A stretch of 64,000 nt of DNA from Macrostomum lignano (taxonomy: Eukaryota). How positions within the stretch are numbered: position 1 is the first letter of the stretch; every line of letters starts with the position of its first letter. Both the position numbers and the translations under genes were made by a program. The stretch spans positions 558,001-622,000 of the forward strand of contig NIVC01000254.1 of NCBI GenBank assembly GCA_002269645.1. The letters run 5' to 3'. Below, in pieces: positions 12,019-24,058 of the stretch. The notes below the pieces were generated by a model. That model did no database searches and was not told where the DNA came from. It worked only from the letters and a program-made list of their open reading frames with translations.

Positions 12019-13695
12019 ATGTCGTCGCCAACGACACCGACTGATTTGTATGGCGTGTTAGGCGTGGGTCGGACTGCTAACTCTGCGGAGATTGAGGCAG
12101 CGTGTAGTCGTCTGTACTCAAAGCGGCCCCGCGTCTGTCCTGCCGAGGTAGAGTCTCCGGAGTCTCAGCGAGACGTGATGGCGATGTGCGTTTTATCTGA
12201 CCCAGTGTTTCGGGAAGTATACGATCGGGTTGGAGAGGCAGCGTGTCAAGGGGTGTTAAAGTACGCCTACTTTTTCAATCCTCCCCCTGACGTTGAGTTG
12301 CCCGAGCAGGTCAGGTTAGCTTTGGCTAGTCTTAAGGGAAGCGCCGCAGGGGAAGCTCCAGTTCACGCGGAGATCCCAGCCGAGTTATTGGCTCCGGCTG
12401 CGCTTGCTGAGTGTAGGCGGCTGAGGGGTGCGCTGCTGGCGCGGTTGAGGGCTGGGGATAGTGAAGGAGCTTGCCTGGTGGTTCAGGAGGTGGCGAGGTT
12501 TCTTGATGGGGCTGGTGTGAGTGTGCCTGAGCAGTTGTCTAGATTCTTAGCAGTGTCTGTGTCGTTTCTGTGCAATCAGTATGGGCGGAAGAGAGGTTCT
12601 GGTGGTGGCTCCGGGAGGTGTCGGAGGGTCCCGCCTTCGGTGCTGCAGGCGGCGTTTGAGTGCGTGTTGTTGGCTGTGCGGGGTTTTGAGCTGTGTGAGT
12701 TGGGGGGTCCCTTGTTGGGGAGGCTCCGGGGTCTGTCTCTCTTAGTGGATCCTGGCCTCGCGCGGCGCCCGGAGGAGGGGAGTGACGGGCCGCACCTTTC
12801 GCAGACTCCGCTGACGGCCCAGCGCGACTTGGCGACCGAAGAGTTAACGGGTGTCGACCCCGAGCAAGTACGACCGGCCGACACGGTCCAGGAGGTCTCC
12901 CCCCGTGACGACCCGAATCAGCGCAAGGTCAGCTCGGCTAAGCGTCTCGTCGATGCAAAGGCATACCTAACGAGGCTGGGCCGGTCGATTCAGCCCGAGG
13001 ACCTTCGTGGCGTGCGTCGATGTCTAGCGGCTGTAAACTCGCCGTACTGCCTGCGTCTAGAATGTCCCGTTGTCCGACCACTGCTGCAAGACCGACGGAT
13101 CGTGTTCGCCCTGGGCCTGAAGGCCAGTGCTGCACCGTGGTGGCCATCGCTGCGAGACGATGTACGACGATTTCTAGCGGGTAGCTGGCCGCGTGTCGTG
13201 GCGGTCGGCGAAGTCGAGCTCAATTGGGACGCTGAGAGGTCGCAGCGCCAGGACCAGTTAACGGCGGCGATGGAGCAGTTCTTGCTTGCCAAGGAGTTCG
13301 GCCTGCCGGTTTTGTTCCGAGTTGAAGGCGGCGAACCTGCCTGGGCGGTCGCCCTAGGATTCCTCCGGCAGCCGGAGTTTCAAACGATGAGCGTCATGCT
13401 GGCCGAGGACCTGGACTTGCCGGAGGCCGTCGAGGCCGCGCTGGTGAGCAAGTGCCACGGGGTCTTCTTCGAGGTGTCCGCTCGGTGCCGAGGATCCCCG
13501 CGAGCGGTCCAACGGGCTAAGCGTCTCCCGCGGCAGCGCCTGCTAGTGACATCGGCCGCACCGTTTGGTGGAGACCCCAAGGACCCGACAGCCATCAAGT
13601 TCGTGCCGGAAGCCCTAGCGGACAGTGAATGTGATCGCAGGTACTGGACTCGACTGTTTGCGACCAACTGTAGTAGATTTTTTGGCCGATTGTAG
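12019..13695 (+). CDS. ORF3: DnaJ-like N-terminal domain, helical/linker region, and TatD-like amidohydrolase (TIM-barrel) domain, both apparently degenerate
   Basis: ATG at 12019 (ACCATGT); the ORF is open from 11983. J-like: DLYGVLGVGRTANSAEIEAACSRL...VLSDPVFREVYDRVGE (~12043-12237). TatD-like (~12946-13692): VDAKAY, VVAVGEVELNW, FLLAKEFGLPVLFRV, LPRQRLLVTSAAPF, LFATNCSRFF. Lies between pol and the PPT. Confidence 0.85.
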   Translation: MSSPTTPTDLYGVLGVGRTANSAEIEAACSRLYSKRPRVCPAEVESPESQRDVMAMCVLSDPVFREVYDRVGEAACQGVLKYAYFFNPPPDVELPEQVRLALASLKGSAAGEAPVHAEIPAELLAPAALAECRRLRGALLARLRAGDSEGACLVVQEVARFLDGAGVSVPEQLSRFLAVSVSFLCNQYGRKRGSGGGSGRCRRVPPSVLQAAFECVLLAVRGFELCELGGPLLGRLRGLSLLVDPGLARRPEEGSDGPHLSQTPLTAQRDLATEELTGVDPEQVRPADTVQEVSPRDDPNQRKVSSAKRLVDAKAYLTRLGRSIQPEDLRGVRRCLAAVNSPYCLRLECPVVRPLLQDRRIVFALGLKASAAPWWPSLRDDVRRFLAGSWPRVVAVGEVELNWDAERSQRQDQLTAAMEQFLLAKEFGLPVLFRVEGGEPAWAVALGFLRQPEFQTMSVMLAEDLDLPEAVEAALVSKCHGVFFEVSARCRGSPRAVQRAKRLPRQRLLVTSAAPFGGDPKDPTAIKFVPEALADSECDRRYWTRLFATNCSRFFGRL

Positions 13696-13922
13696 AGTAG
13701 AATTGCGTTCTTAAGCCCGTTTTCAATTTTTGCGTACGCAATAGTTGTGTCCCGTTTTCATTTTTTCGTTTTTGTTTTTTGTAATGCCGGCGATATCCAC
13801 GCGTCGCGTCAAAGTTTTTCTGTTATTTTTCGGCCGTCGTTTTTTGAATTAACTTTTTTTCAGACTTGCTTGTTCATGCGTTGCTTTTTGCTTGACATCC
13901 CCTTTCTCCTCTTCTTTTTCGT

Positions 13923-13934
13923 GGAGGGGGAGGA
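13923..13934 (+). promoter_or_regulatory. Polypurine tract (plus-strand primer)
   Basis: GGAGGGGGAGGA directly abuts the TG of the 3' LTR. Confidence 0.9.
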
Positions 13935-14613
13935 TGTTGGGCTGCGCCCTTCCAGTGTGTATGTACTCGTACTTTTGTTTTCAGTTTTCATGCCACCCCG
14001 CCCCGTCCCCCGTCTCGCGCCCGGGCCAGGGTTTGTGAGAGGCGTAAGTCTCAACCCTGGCCTAGCCCTTTGCACCCAGCCCCCGGCCCAATCTCTGTCC
14101 AATCTGGGTGCCCCCCCCCTCCCTCGTTGCCCGCCTCACCCTGGGGCTGCTCGTATTGGCTGGCTGGCTGATAAGCCGGCTGGGCCCCAGGGTTTGGCTC
14201 GCCGTCTCCATTCTGCCCCACCCCTCCCCCTTTTTTGTGTATTATTTAAATGCTAGCCCTGAGCGGGCTGCGCTCCACGGGCTCTCTATTGGTGTCCGCT
14301 TCGTTCTTACTGTTTTTGCGTTCATCGGCGTACCTCTGCTTCGTGCCAATAAACGCTTCGTTAGTAACTCGATATATCAAGGAGAGGTGAGCTCGAGCTT
14401 TCGTTCTTCTGGGTTGCCGCGTGGGGCCGGGATCTGCAGGGACCTGGGGACGGTGAACTCTCGCCGATCCCAGGGTGTTCGGTCAGGCGAACTCTCGCCG
14501 AACCGAGCGAGACAGGGTAGGAATAGCCGGGGTGAGGGCTGGGACCGGGGTGTCTCAGGCGGGGAGGGCCCGAACCTTGACCCGTCCAGCGGCCATTAGG
14601 CCGAGACACAACA
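13935..14613 (+). repeat. 3' LTR (679 bp)
   Basis: Direct repeat of 6013-6692, ends in CAACA and is followed by the TSD CAAG. Confidence 0.97.
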
Positions 14614-15142
14614 CAAGCTACCCTCAGAGATAAATAGCAATGAAAGAAGATTTCTTCAAGTCACATTTTTCTGTAAACACACACACTGCCAGTGAGGCAT
14701 TTATCAGCAGCTGTGCAGAATATTTTTTACAGTCGCATCATAATGCACATATTTATAAGCGAAAGTACCATTCTTAAGATGAGAATGGCAATTTAAAATT
14801 TATAACCCGTTTCGGTATGCATTTTTTATTATATTGTTGAGCCATAAATTCGAGATGACTTGTAAACTATATTTCTTAATATTTAATTGTGTGACTCAAC
14901 TCTTTAGAATATGGAATAAAACTCAAGGTCTACTCATTATGCTGAGTTATGAATCATTTTTAAATAATAAAACTTACTCAAACTCGAATATTGTAAGATT
15001 AATCCTGTCCTGGGTGGCAACTAAGTATTCTTAATCTAGAGCTAAGTTGGATGGTCCGTCATTCGTACCTATAATATGCTGTCTTGTTTTGCTTCTCTTT
15101 CAGTCAGGTCCCATATGTAAGCCCTTGCTATTTTCCCTCAGC

Positions 15143-15965
15143 TCTATCTCCCATCTCCCATCTCCAATCTCGAATCTCCAATCTACCATCTCCCCTCTCC
15201 CATCTCCCATCTTCCATCTCTCATCTCCAATCTCACATCTCCTATCTCGAATCTCCCATTCCCCATCTCCCGTCTTCCATCTCTCATCTCCCATCTCACA
15301 TCCCCATCTCTCATCTCCTATCTCGAATCTCCCATTCCCCATCTCCCGTCTTCCATCTCTCATCTCCCATCTCACATCCCTATCTCCAATCTCCTATCTC
15401 GAATCTCTTATCTGCCATCTTCCATCTCACATCTCCCATCTCCCATCTCGCATCTCCCATCTTCCATCTCCCATCTCCCATCTCCCATCTTCCATCTTCC
15501 ATCTTCCATCTTCCATCTTCCATCTCCCATCTTCCATCTTCCATCTCCCATCTCCCATCTTCCATCTTCCATCTTCCATCTCCCATCTCCCATCTCCCAT
15601 CTCCCATCTCCAATCTTCATCTCCGATCTCCTATCTCGAATCTCCCATCGCTCTTCTTCCATCTCCCGTCTTCCATCTCTTATAGCTCTCATCTCAAATC
15701 TCACTTCTCAAATCTCCCATTCCCCATCTCCCATTTCCCGAATCTCGTTTTCCATCTCTCATCTCCCATCTCCTATCTCACATCTCGTATCCCCATTTCC
15801 CATCTCCAATCTCGAATCTACCATTCCCCATCTCCCATTTCCCGAATCTCGTTTTCCATCTCTCATCTCCCATCTCCCATTTCACATCTCGCATCCCCAT
15901 TTCCCATCTCCTATCTCGAATCTACCATTCCCCATCTCCAATCTTCCGTCTCCCATCTCCCATCT
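15143..15965. repeat. 7-bp-based polypyrimidine repeat (CATCTCC/CATCTTC)n
   Basis: Direct reading. Confidence 0.92.
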
Positions 15966-17789
15966 CTAATCTGCACTGTCTCATCCACCGGCTGTTTTTT
16001 TCACTGACCATCTGCTATTAGAAAATTTAGATTGTAATGAATCATATTAGTAAAAATGTCCTATACATGTAGCAATGGTGTTCGAGCTGAACTAAAATAG
16101 TCCGAGTTTGTTGCCATGTGCACTCAGGTAAAATTCTAATTTGGGTCAAATTTTACACTAGAAAGAATTTGGCCTGGTTCAAGCAATCCATTATTTGAGT
16201 ATTTAAACTTCACTGGTTCAATGAGACGAAAATGATTTCATTAATGAGATTGGCTTAAAACATAATAAGCTTTCTGATTCTTTTTTGCCTTGCATCAACA
16301 CCTTCAGTGCAGGAGCATATCATATTTGCTAAGTCTCACGGATAATTCAAATTTGGTTGCACAATATTCATTGGAATTCAGCCCAAAATATGGTTTGGGT
16401 TTTAGCACCGACCCCACACTGGTGCACCATGCAGTTCCACCTCACTGGGGAGTGAGACCAACAATGACAATGCAGTCCTTCCTCAATCTAAATCCTTTTT
16501 AATTCCCCGTGTTTCGTTCGAGGCCATTGTAAAGGCGTGTCGAGGTTAAGGTGCGAAAAGTCAGCCGATCAAATGTTTACTTATTTCACTTGTATAGACA
16601 AACTGTGTAGTGTTATTCATTTTCAACACTGCCAGTCCTTGACTCGTTGACTTTTTTAGTTGAGCCAAGTAAATAATATTGAGGTCCGAAGTTTGCTTAA
16701 CTTTCTAATCGCCTTTATAGTTTTAGCTGGCCCCAGTAATAATATTTTTACTAAGGCTTTGCAGATGTTTGACAAAGTCAATAATCATGTGCACCAAAAT
16801 CGAACTGAACAGACTGCATACGTGTAGAAATATTCGCGTAACCATATTTTAGCCGCAACGAGTAAATAGACACAGCTGGGCACTTGAAAGATCAAGAAGA
16901 GAGCAAGAGTAAAGCGTCGAGCACCATTGGCATTATTATAGTAAAAATACATATTATATAGTCTACAGACAACGTGAATATGTATTTATAGAGTAATCCT
17001 TATTGGCTTATAAAGATTATGTGACTTTGTCAGTTTTAGGTGCAGTAAACATTAGCTGTGCTACGAAGTCTCGTAGATAATACAGGTCTTGTTCATTCAA
17101 GTTTAAATTTAGAGCTCTCCTATTGGCTAGGCGGTCTTAGCCAATAAGAATCGTTCCATCCCTATCCTTTTGCCGGGACAGAGGGGTAGAGGCAAGCCAA
17201 CCACCCCAAAACCGCCGCACGCAGCCAGTAGGAATAGAAAATTATAGGAGTGCGGTGAAGTACCGGGGATTTAAAGCAAGAAAGAAAGCTAGTTAAGCAA
17301 GTAATCAAGAAATTGAGTTCCTCGAACAGGCAGACTACTATTATTTCAAATGGCGCATCACAGTTCCGATTGCAGTGTGGACAAAATTTCCGGTGAGTGT
17401 ATTTAAGTCTAAAATCATAATACATTATTAGTGCAACTGTTTTATTATTTATTATGCCGATTGATTGACTATGCTGAAGAAAGAAAGCCTTCTGTAGTAT
17501 ATAAAGGGGCCTGGACATAAGGTATCAGATTTCCTGCGCGTGTCAGCTCCTAGTCTGTCAGTTGTCGGGTCATAATATAGCTTAAGCTGCTTAACTAAAT
17601 GCATAATTCTAAATGTCCTTGCACAGGGTGGTACCAACTGTGCAGAATTGCATGCCAGTGCTGCGACACCAGAATTCATAGCGCATTTTTGTAGCTTCTT
17701 ATATTTCTGGTAGTTTTTAAGTTTACTGCAGTGCTACTGGACTTTTATTGATTTTGCCGAAATGCAGTTCAGACTCAGAGGGTAGCGGC

Positions 17790-17975
17790 GGCCCAACCTA
17801 AAAAAAGGACCAGGTGGCGATGGTGTGGCGGCGGCCCAACTGAAAAGGACCAGATAAGGTACTCGTAGCGGCGGCCCAACTGAAAAGTACCAGATAAAGT
17901 AGTGGCAAGGCGGCCCAACTGAAAAGTACCAGATAAAGTAGTGGCAAGGCGGCCCAACTGAAAAGGACCAGATCG
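17790..17975. repeat. 39-40-bp tandem repeat, ~5 copies
   Basis: GCGGCCCAAC at 17831, 17871, 17910 and 17949. Confidence 0.88.
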
Positions 17976-18863
17976 AGTCAGCGGAGGCCTAACCAAAAAA
18001 AGAAAATTGGAAATTTCAGATGATACTCATTCATTTGGCGCTATCGTGTAATTTTTAGGTACTGCTAATATTAGCTTCAGCTTAGTGATCGATTGATCAG
18101 TGTTCCATGCTTAAAAGTAAAATGACATACGCTCATTAAATATGCAATCTTATCTTCTTCCTATTTTATATTTCAAGTCGATTTAATTGGCATTATTTAC
18201 TACGCAATTCCATCTACGTAAGTATCTTATACCCCGAAAAAAAACACGTGACGTCACACATTCAGGCTGCTTGATTCATAATTTGGTGTCCACTGTCCCA
18301 GTCATGCTTCATCGCGATCCTATCTAGAGTTTATAAATCATTCGAAAGTGAAAGCTCTTCTTGTTTTTTTCTTGTAATTCTTCTTTCGCGCGACGAAATC
18401 TGAAATCTGATTCAGCGACAGAAGAAAACTTTTCTTAGAAAAGGAGGGCCTAGCCCTATATACATATATTCGATTGAATTTAGATTATAAGATTGCGCAA
18501 GCCACACTATTCAGATATACAGATAGATATCCATCGCCAAATGATATAATTAGTTAGCCAATTATAATTACGCGCGACAATGTATATAAAGAACATTTAG
18601 AAGTGGCAATGCATGGCTGACTAGGACTAGGGGGCGATAATTATCTTATTCCTCCATTTGACCATTTCATCCTTATCGCTTTACTCGGCGTAAAATTTCT
18701 CTATACTAGCTGGCTAAAAAATCTGGATTACCCTTCTCCAGCTATAAATTGACCAATTATCTTGTTTATAACAAAAGTACTCATCAGATAAACAATCGCT
18801 GATTATTTTATGTTTATTATTTAATTTTATTCTTGATTTTCTCTCAAAATTTCGCATTCCCAG

Positions 18864-21800
18864 AGCATCAACTAGCGCAGCAGATTCAGGAGGCAGCGGC
18901 GGCTGCAGCAGCTGATTCAGGATTTCCCAGTTCGCCAATGGATCTGAGTCAAAGCCGCCAGGGTGGCGCCCGATGCAGTTCAGCCGACGAGGACGTTGAA
19001 ATAGACGTCGAAGGAGTTGGAGGAGAAGGAGAAGACGACTACGAAGCAAACAAAACCGGGAATTCAAGATGGTCTCAATCGCCATCATCGAAGCGTTCGA
19101 AGTTCGAATTCGACGATGACAATTCGGAGGAATCCGATAGCGCAGATCCGCTGGCCAGGTTCATGATCGTGTGCGACAGTGATAAGGTCAAGTGGCGACA
19201 GCTAATCGATCGGCACAGGGGGCATCAGCCGCCGAATCGTTGCGGCGAGTGTCAGAGAGATTTCCGGTGTCGGAGCGCGCTGATGACGCACTACAGGACT
19301 CATACAGGTAAGACTCGGGGGGGGGGGGTCAGACGGGACGGGTTAAAAAGTTTTCGGGATCGGAATCCTACCTCTAGAACATAAACTGTTAAAGTTACTA
19401 CTGATAATTGGTAATCAGTAGTCTAACGTCAATATATTGTCTTGACGTCAAAATAACGCACTGCCACTGAGTTTGCAATTGAGACGTAAACAATTTAATT
19501 TAAATTTAACAATTTAATCTGTTATATTTCCAGCACTACCAAAGTTTCTCGTTTCCCTTCAGTTAATGTTGACCCAGACAGATTAACATTAAATTTACAG
19601 CATTATTTTACTTTGCGTGCGTATTTTGCAGGAAAAACAAAGCATATTAAGTATTCACAATGTGCCGCTTGTTATTTATTATTTTAGGGGCGCGAGACGA
19701 AACTTCTTAAACTAAGAAGTTTAATAGTGACTTATAATAGAATTAGTAAGTAGTATTAATAATAACAGACCTCTAGTTAAACTTATACGTCGTATTGAAA
19801 AGAATTGGTTAAAATTCGTTGGTCGCGTTTCGTCAGTTCATTTCTCATTCCCGGGCCCATCCTCAACTCCTTATCAGTATCAGCGCCCAGACATTTTTAT
19901 TACATCGACCGGGCCGGGGGAGGATGGTGGGTGGGGGTTTAAAATTAAATTCAATTCAAACCACTAGCGAGCGCGCGCGGCGGGGGGTTTCCATCAGAAG
20001 CCGCCACCACCCCATTTCTCGTCCCCCTCCGGGTTAGGCTTTACGCCTACCAAAAACTCTCCTTTAAACTTGTGTGAAGATTCAAACTTTAAATTTTAAT
20101 TACAATTGAGACGCGACGCGACTGTCCGTTAAACAACTGTGTAAGTTCTACTTGCACTTAACCGCTATTAATAACAACTTAGCTTAGATTGTAAACAACT
20201 ATTTTTGTTTTACTGTAAATTTTATGCTATACTGCAAGACTAAAGATTAATAAACACATAGTTAAACTGGTTAATTATTAATGGCAAGAATAAAATCATA
20301 GAAATTGATTTTATTACAATGAATAACTACCGTCTCAAACTTTAAGGCTCACTCAATATGTACTTCTCAAGATAGCCAATAGGCGTGCTCGAATTTTTGT
20401 CATTTTCAGTTAGAATTTATTAAAGATAGTCGTATCATATCTGGCTACCGCTCGTGCCAGGCCGTGAAACTTAAAAATTTTCTTTGAACTGAGTAAAAAA
20501 CAGTTACATTTGTTGAAACTTTGACCTTCACTTGACTCGTAACTCTTTTGTGTTGATTTTTTTCAGTTCGAACTTATGGGGGTGTGGCACACTGACGCTC
20601 TCAGGCTTTTTTATTTGGCTTTAAGCTTAATCATCAATTTGATAAGATAGTTAATTGTGCCAGTGCGTGCTGTCATGTTAAAAAAGGCAGAAAAATGGAA
20701 ATGACAAATCCGATATCAAACCGACTCTTAACTCTAATGCCATGCATATTCCTTCCATACCAGACGAGCGACCTTACCTGTGCTCCATCTGCCAGAAGAG
20801 CTTCGCCACTAAAGGCAATCTAAAGTCGCATCTGAACGTGCACCCTGAAGCTCAGCAGCTGCTGCAGCAGAAACTGCCCAACTCTGACTGTAGCAGCAGC
20901 TCAACCGCAGCTTGTACAATGGCTCCGACCCCGAACCCCCCAGCTCAGGAGCCGCTGCAGCAGCCCAGTGCGCTGATCAGTAATTCTATGAAATCAACCA
21001 CTAGCGGCTGCTTCTTTAGCAATGACGATCGGCCAACTTGGATGCTGGATAAAATGGTGAGAGAGAATTTTATTGAACTCTCAAACCCGAAATATCACAA
21101 ACCCGTAATATCACAAACTCGAAATGTCACAAACCCGAAATGTCACAAACCCAAAATATCACAAACCCAAAATGTCACAAACTCGAAATGTCACAAACTC
21201 GAAATGTCACAAACCCAAAATATCACAAACCCAAAATGTCACAAACTCGAAATGTCACAAACTCGAAATGTCACAAACCCAAAATATCACAAACCCAAAA
21301 TGTCACAAACTCGAAATATCATAAACCCAAACTGTCACAAACTCGAAATATCACAAACCCGAAATTCCACAACCGAAATATCACAAACACAAAATATAAC
21401 AAACCCGAAATATCACAAACCCGTAGCATCACAAACCCGAAATATCACAAACCCGAAATGTCACAAACCCGTAGCATCACAAACCCGAAATATCACAAAC
21501 CCGAAATGTCACAAACCCGAAATATCACAAACCCGAAATGTCACAAACCCGAAATATCACAAACCAGAAATGTCACAAACCCGAAACATCACAAACCGAA
21601 ACTGTCACTAACCCGAAATATCACAAACTCGAAACATCACAAACCCGAAATATCACAAACCCAAAATATCACAAACCCAAACTGTCACAAACTCGAAATA
21701 TAACAAACCCGAAATGTCACAAACCCGAAATGTCACAAACCCGAAATATCACAAACTCGAAACATCACAAACCCGAAATATCACAAACCCAAAATATCAC

Positions 21801-24058
21801 AAACCCGAAATATCACAAACCCGAAATATCACAAACACAAAAAATCACAACTCCGAAAGCACGTCTGATCATAAACCCATCATTATAGTAAAAAAGTGGT
21901 GCCCTATTGTCAAACATCAGAACGACACACTGAAATAGCCAGACGTTTTCACATAGTATTAATCAATGCCACTTGAAAACTAACAAAAATGACGCCCAAT
22001 CCATATTTCCCATTTCCACAGGCATCCCAATTCCTCAAGCCGTTTCATCAGCCACCCCAGACGGAACCGCTCGAGCTGACAAAGTACAGCGCCGTTAGCA
22101 ACAGCGGCGAGATTCTGCCGCTTCTGCCTCTTAGCACCCAGCAGCCCTCACGGCCACCAACTGCGGCAAACACATGCGAATTGTGTGGCAAATCCTGCAG
22201 CTGTCGGAGCGCTTTAGAAATTCATATGCGAACGCATACGAAAGAGAAACCGTTCCACTGCGGCCAGTGCGGCAAGGGATTCAGCACCAAGGGCAATATG
22301 AAACAGCACGAACTGACGCACAGGTAAGTTCAAGTTTTATATTGGTTAAGAAGGCTTATAAATGAATAAAGGATTAGTGAATCTATAAAAACTAAATCTC
22401 TTTAGTTATTTTCAAATTTCTTTATCTTTAGGACTTGATGTCCCGGTAGAGGATTAAAGGACCTGATTAAGGATTAGAGGACTTGGTTGAGAATTAGAGG
22501 GCCTGATAAAGGATTAGAGAACCTGGTTGAGAATTAGAGGACCAGATAAAGGATTAGAGGACCTGATAAAGGATTAGAGGACTTGGTTGAGAATTAGAGG
22601 GCCTGATAAAGGATTAGAGAACCTGGTTGAGAATTAGAGGACCTGATAAAGGATTAGAGGACCTGATAAAGGATTAGAGGACTTGTTTGAGAATTAGAGG
22701 ACCTGATAAAGGATTAGAGGACCTGATAAAGGATTAGAGGACTTGTTTGAGAATTAGAGGACCTGATAAAGGATTAGAGGACCTGATAAAGGATTAGAGG
22801 ACTTGTTTGAGAATTAGAGGACCTGATAAAGGATTAGAGGACCTGATAAAGGATTAGAGGACTTGTTTGAGAATTAGAGGACCTGATAAAGGATTAGAGG
22901 ACTTGTTTGAGAATTAGAGGACCTGATAAAGGATTAGAGGACTTGTTTGAGAATTAGAGGACCTGATAAAGGATTAGAGGACTTGGTTGAGGATTAGAGG
23001 ACCTGATAAAGGATTAGAGGACCTGATAAAGGATTAGAGGACCTGATAAAGGATTAGAGGACCTGATAAAGGATTAGAGGACTTGTTTGAGAATTAGAGG
23101 ACCTGATAAAGGATTAGAGGACCTGATAAAGGATTAGAGGACCTGGTAAAGGATTAAGAGGGTCTGATAAAGGATTAGAGAACCTGGTGGAGGATTAGAG
23201 GACCTGATGAAGGAATAGAGGACCTGATGAAGGAATAGAGAACCTGACAAAGGATTAGTGGACCTGGTAGAGGATTGGAGTAGAGGACACCTAACTCCAA
23301 CGGATAATTAGGGAATAAACCTAAACCTAAACGCTGTTCCCTAATTACATAAATAGGGGTTAACAAAGTCGTTTCAACTTCCATTCCCAATCAGCAGGCG
23401 CAATCTGCGTCAGCCGGAGGATCCAAAGCCGACGCCGCCGCGGCCCACCACGCCGGTTCAACTGCCGTCGGCCAATCAAGCCATTGAGGAAGACGCTGCA
23501 GCAGCGACTACGTCGACACCGATGGCCGCGCCATCTCTGCAGCAGCAGCAGCAGCAGCAGCAGCCCATTAAACAGCGCAGTCGAGTTTGCGAGCACTGCA
23601 ATAAAGAGTGCCCAACCCGTTCGGCCCTGGAGATTCACCGTCGTTCGCACACCGGCGAAAAACCGTACAGATGCCCCAGCTGTTCAAAGAGGTTTTCCAC
23701 TCAAGGCAACATGCAGGCTCACATACGCCGGCACTGCCCGCAGAGCAAAGCCGAGGACAGCGTCTCTAAGGTGTCGCCAAAGCTGCAGCCAGTAGCGCAG
23801 CCTCCGCAGCCGCCGGTGGACTTCATCGGAGCTCCACCGTTATTGCCGTCGACGCAGTTTCCGCTGCCAATTCTGCCGCAGCCGCCGCTGCCAAATCACC
23901 AGCTCATGCTGTACTCGATGGCCGCGGCATTAGCGCCGCTGCCGCCGCCAGCATTCAATCAGCCGTTTGCCTACAACAATTTCGTGCTCGACAATGGATT
24001 GTCCTCGGCGTTTCGACCCGTGCTAGCGTTCGATTCGGCCAATCAGAATCAGATTTAA
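18864..24058 (+). CDS. sall: Spalt/SALL-like C2H2 zinc-finger transcription factor (multi-exon; 5' exon not identified)
   Basis: Exons 18864-19307, 20765-21056, 22022-22323 and 23395(or 23398)-24058, with GT-AG introns and matching phases. Three double fingers with SAL-type motifs: [16 protein letters not shown]...[24 protein letters not shown]...[24 protein letters not shown]...FSTQGNM. Confidence 0.85.
21080..21850. repeat. 16-bp minisatellite (TCACAAACCCGAAATR)n in spalt intron
   Basis: Direct reading. Confidence 0.93.
22455..23275. repeat. 20-bp minisatellite (GGATTAGAGGACCTGATAAA)n in spalt intron
   Basis: Direct reading, with two alternating variants. Confidence 0.93.

Larger units (their letters stand above)
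6013..14613 (+). mobile_element. Full-length Ty3/Gypsy LTR retrotransposon (8601 bp) with gag, pol and an extra ORF3
   Basis: Direct repeats at 6013-6692 and 13935-14613 with TGTTG...CAACA termini. CAAG occurs on both sides (6009-6012, 14614-14617), a 4-bp TSD. PBS follows the 5' LTR and PPT precedes the 3' LTR. Pol domain order PR-RT-RH-INT is Ty3/Gypsy. Confidence 0.98.

Noticed and set aside
7093-13667. Antisense ORFs within gag/pol/ORF3 (e.g. 9870-10691, 273 aa)
   Set aside because: They are shadow ORFs expected opposite GC-rich coding sequence, with no recognisable motifs.
12019-13695. ORF3 as a retroviral-type env
   Set aside because: No signal peptide, furin site or C-terminal TM helix is visible, and the motifs match J-domain and TatD folds instead.
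21057-21938. [14 protein letters not shown]-repeat ORFs apparently extending the zinc-finger protein
   Set aside because: They lie after the ATG|GTGAGA donor at 21056, inside a 16-bp intronic minisatellite.
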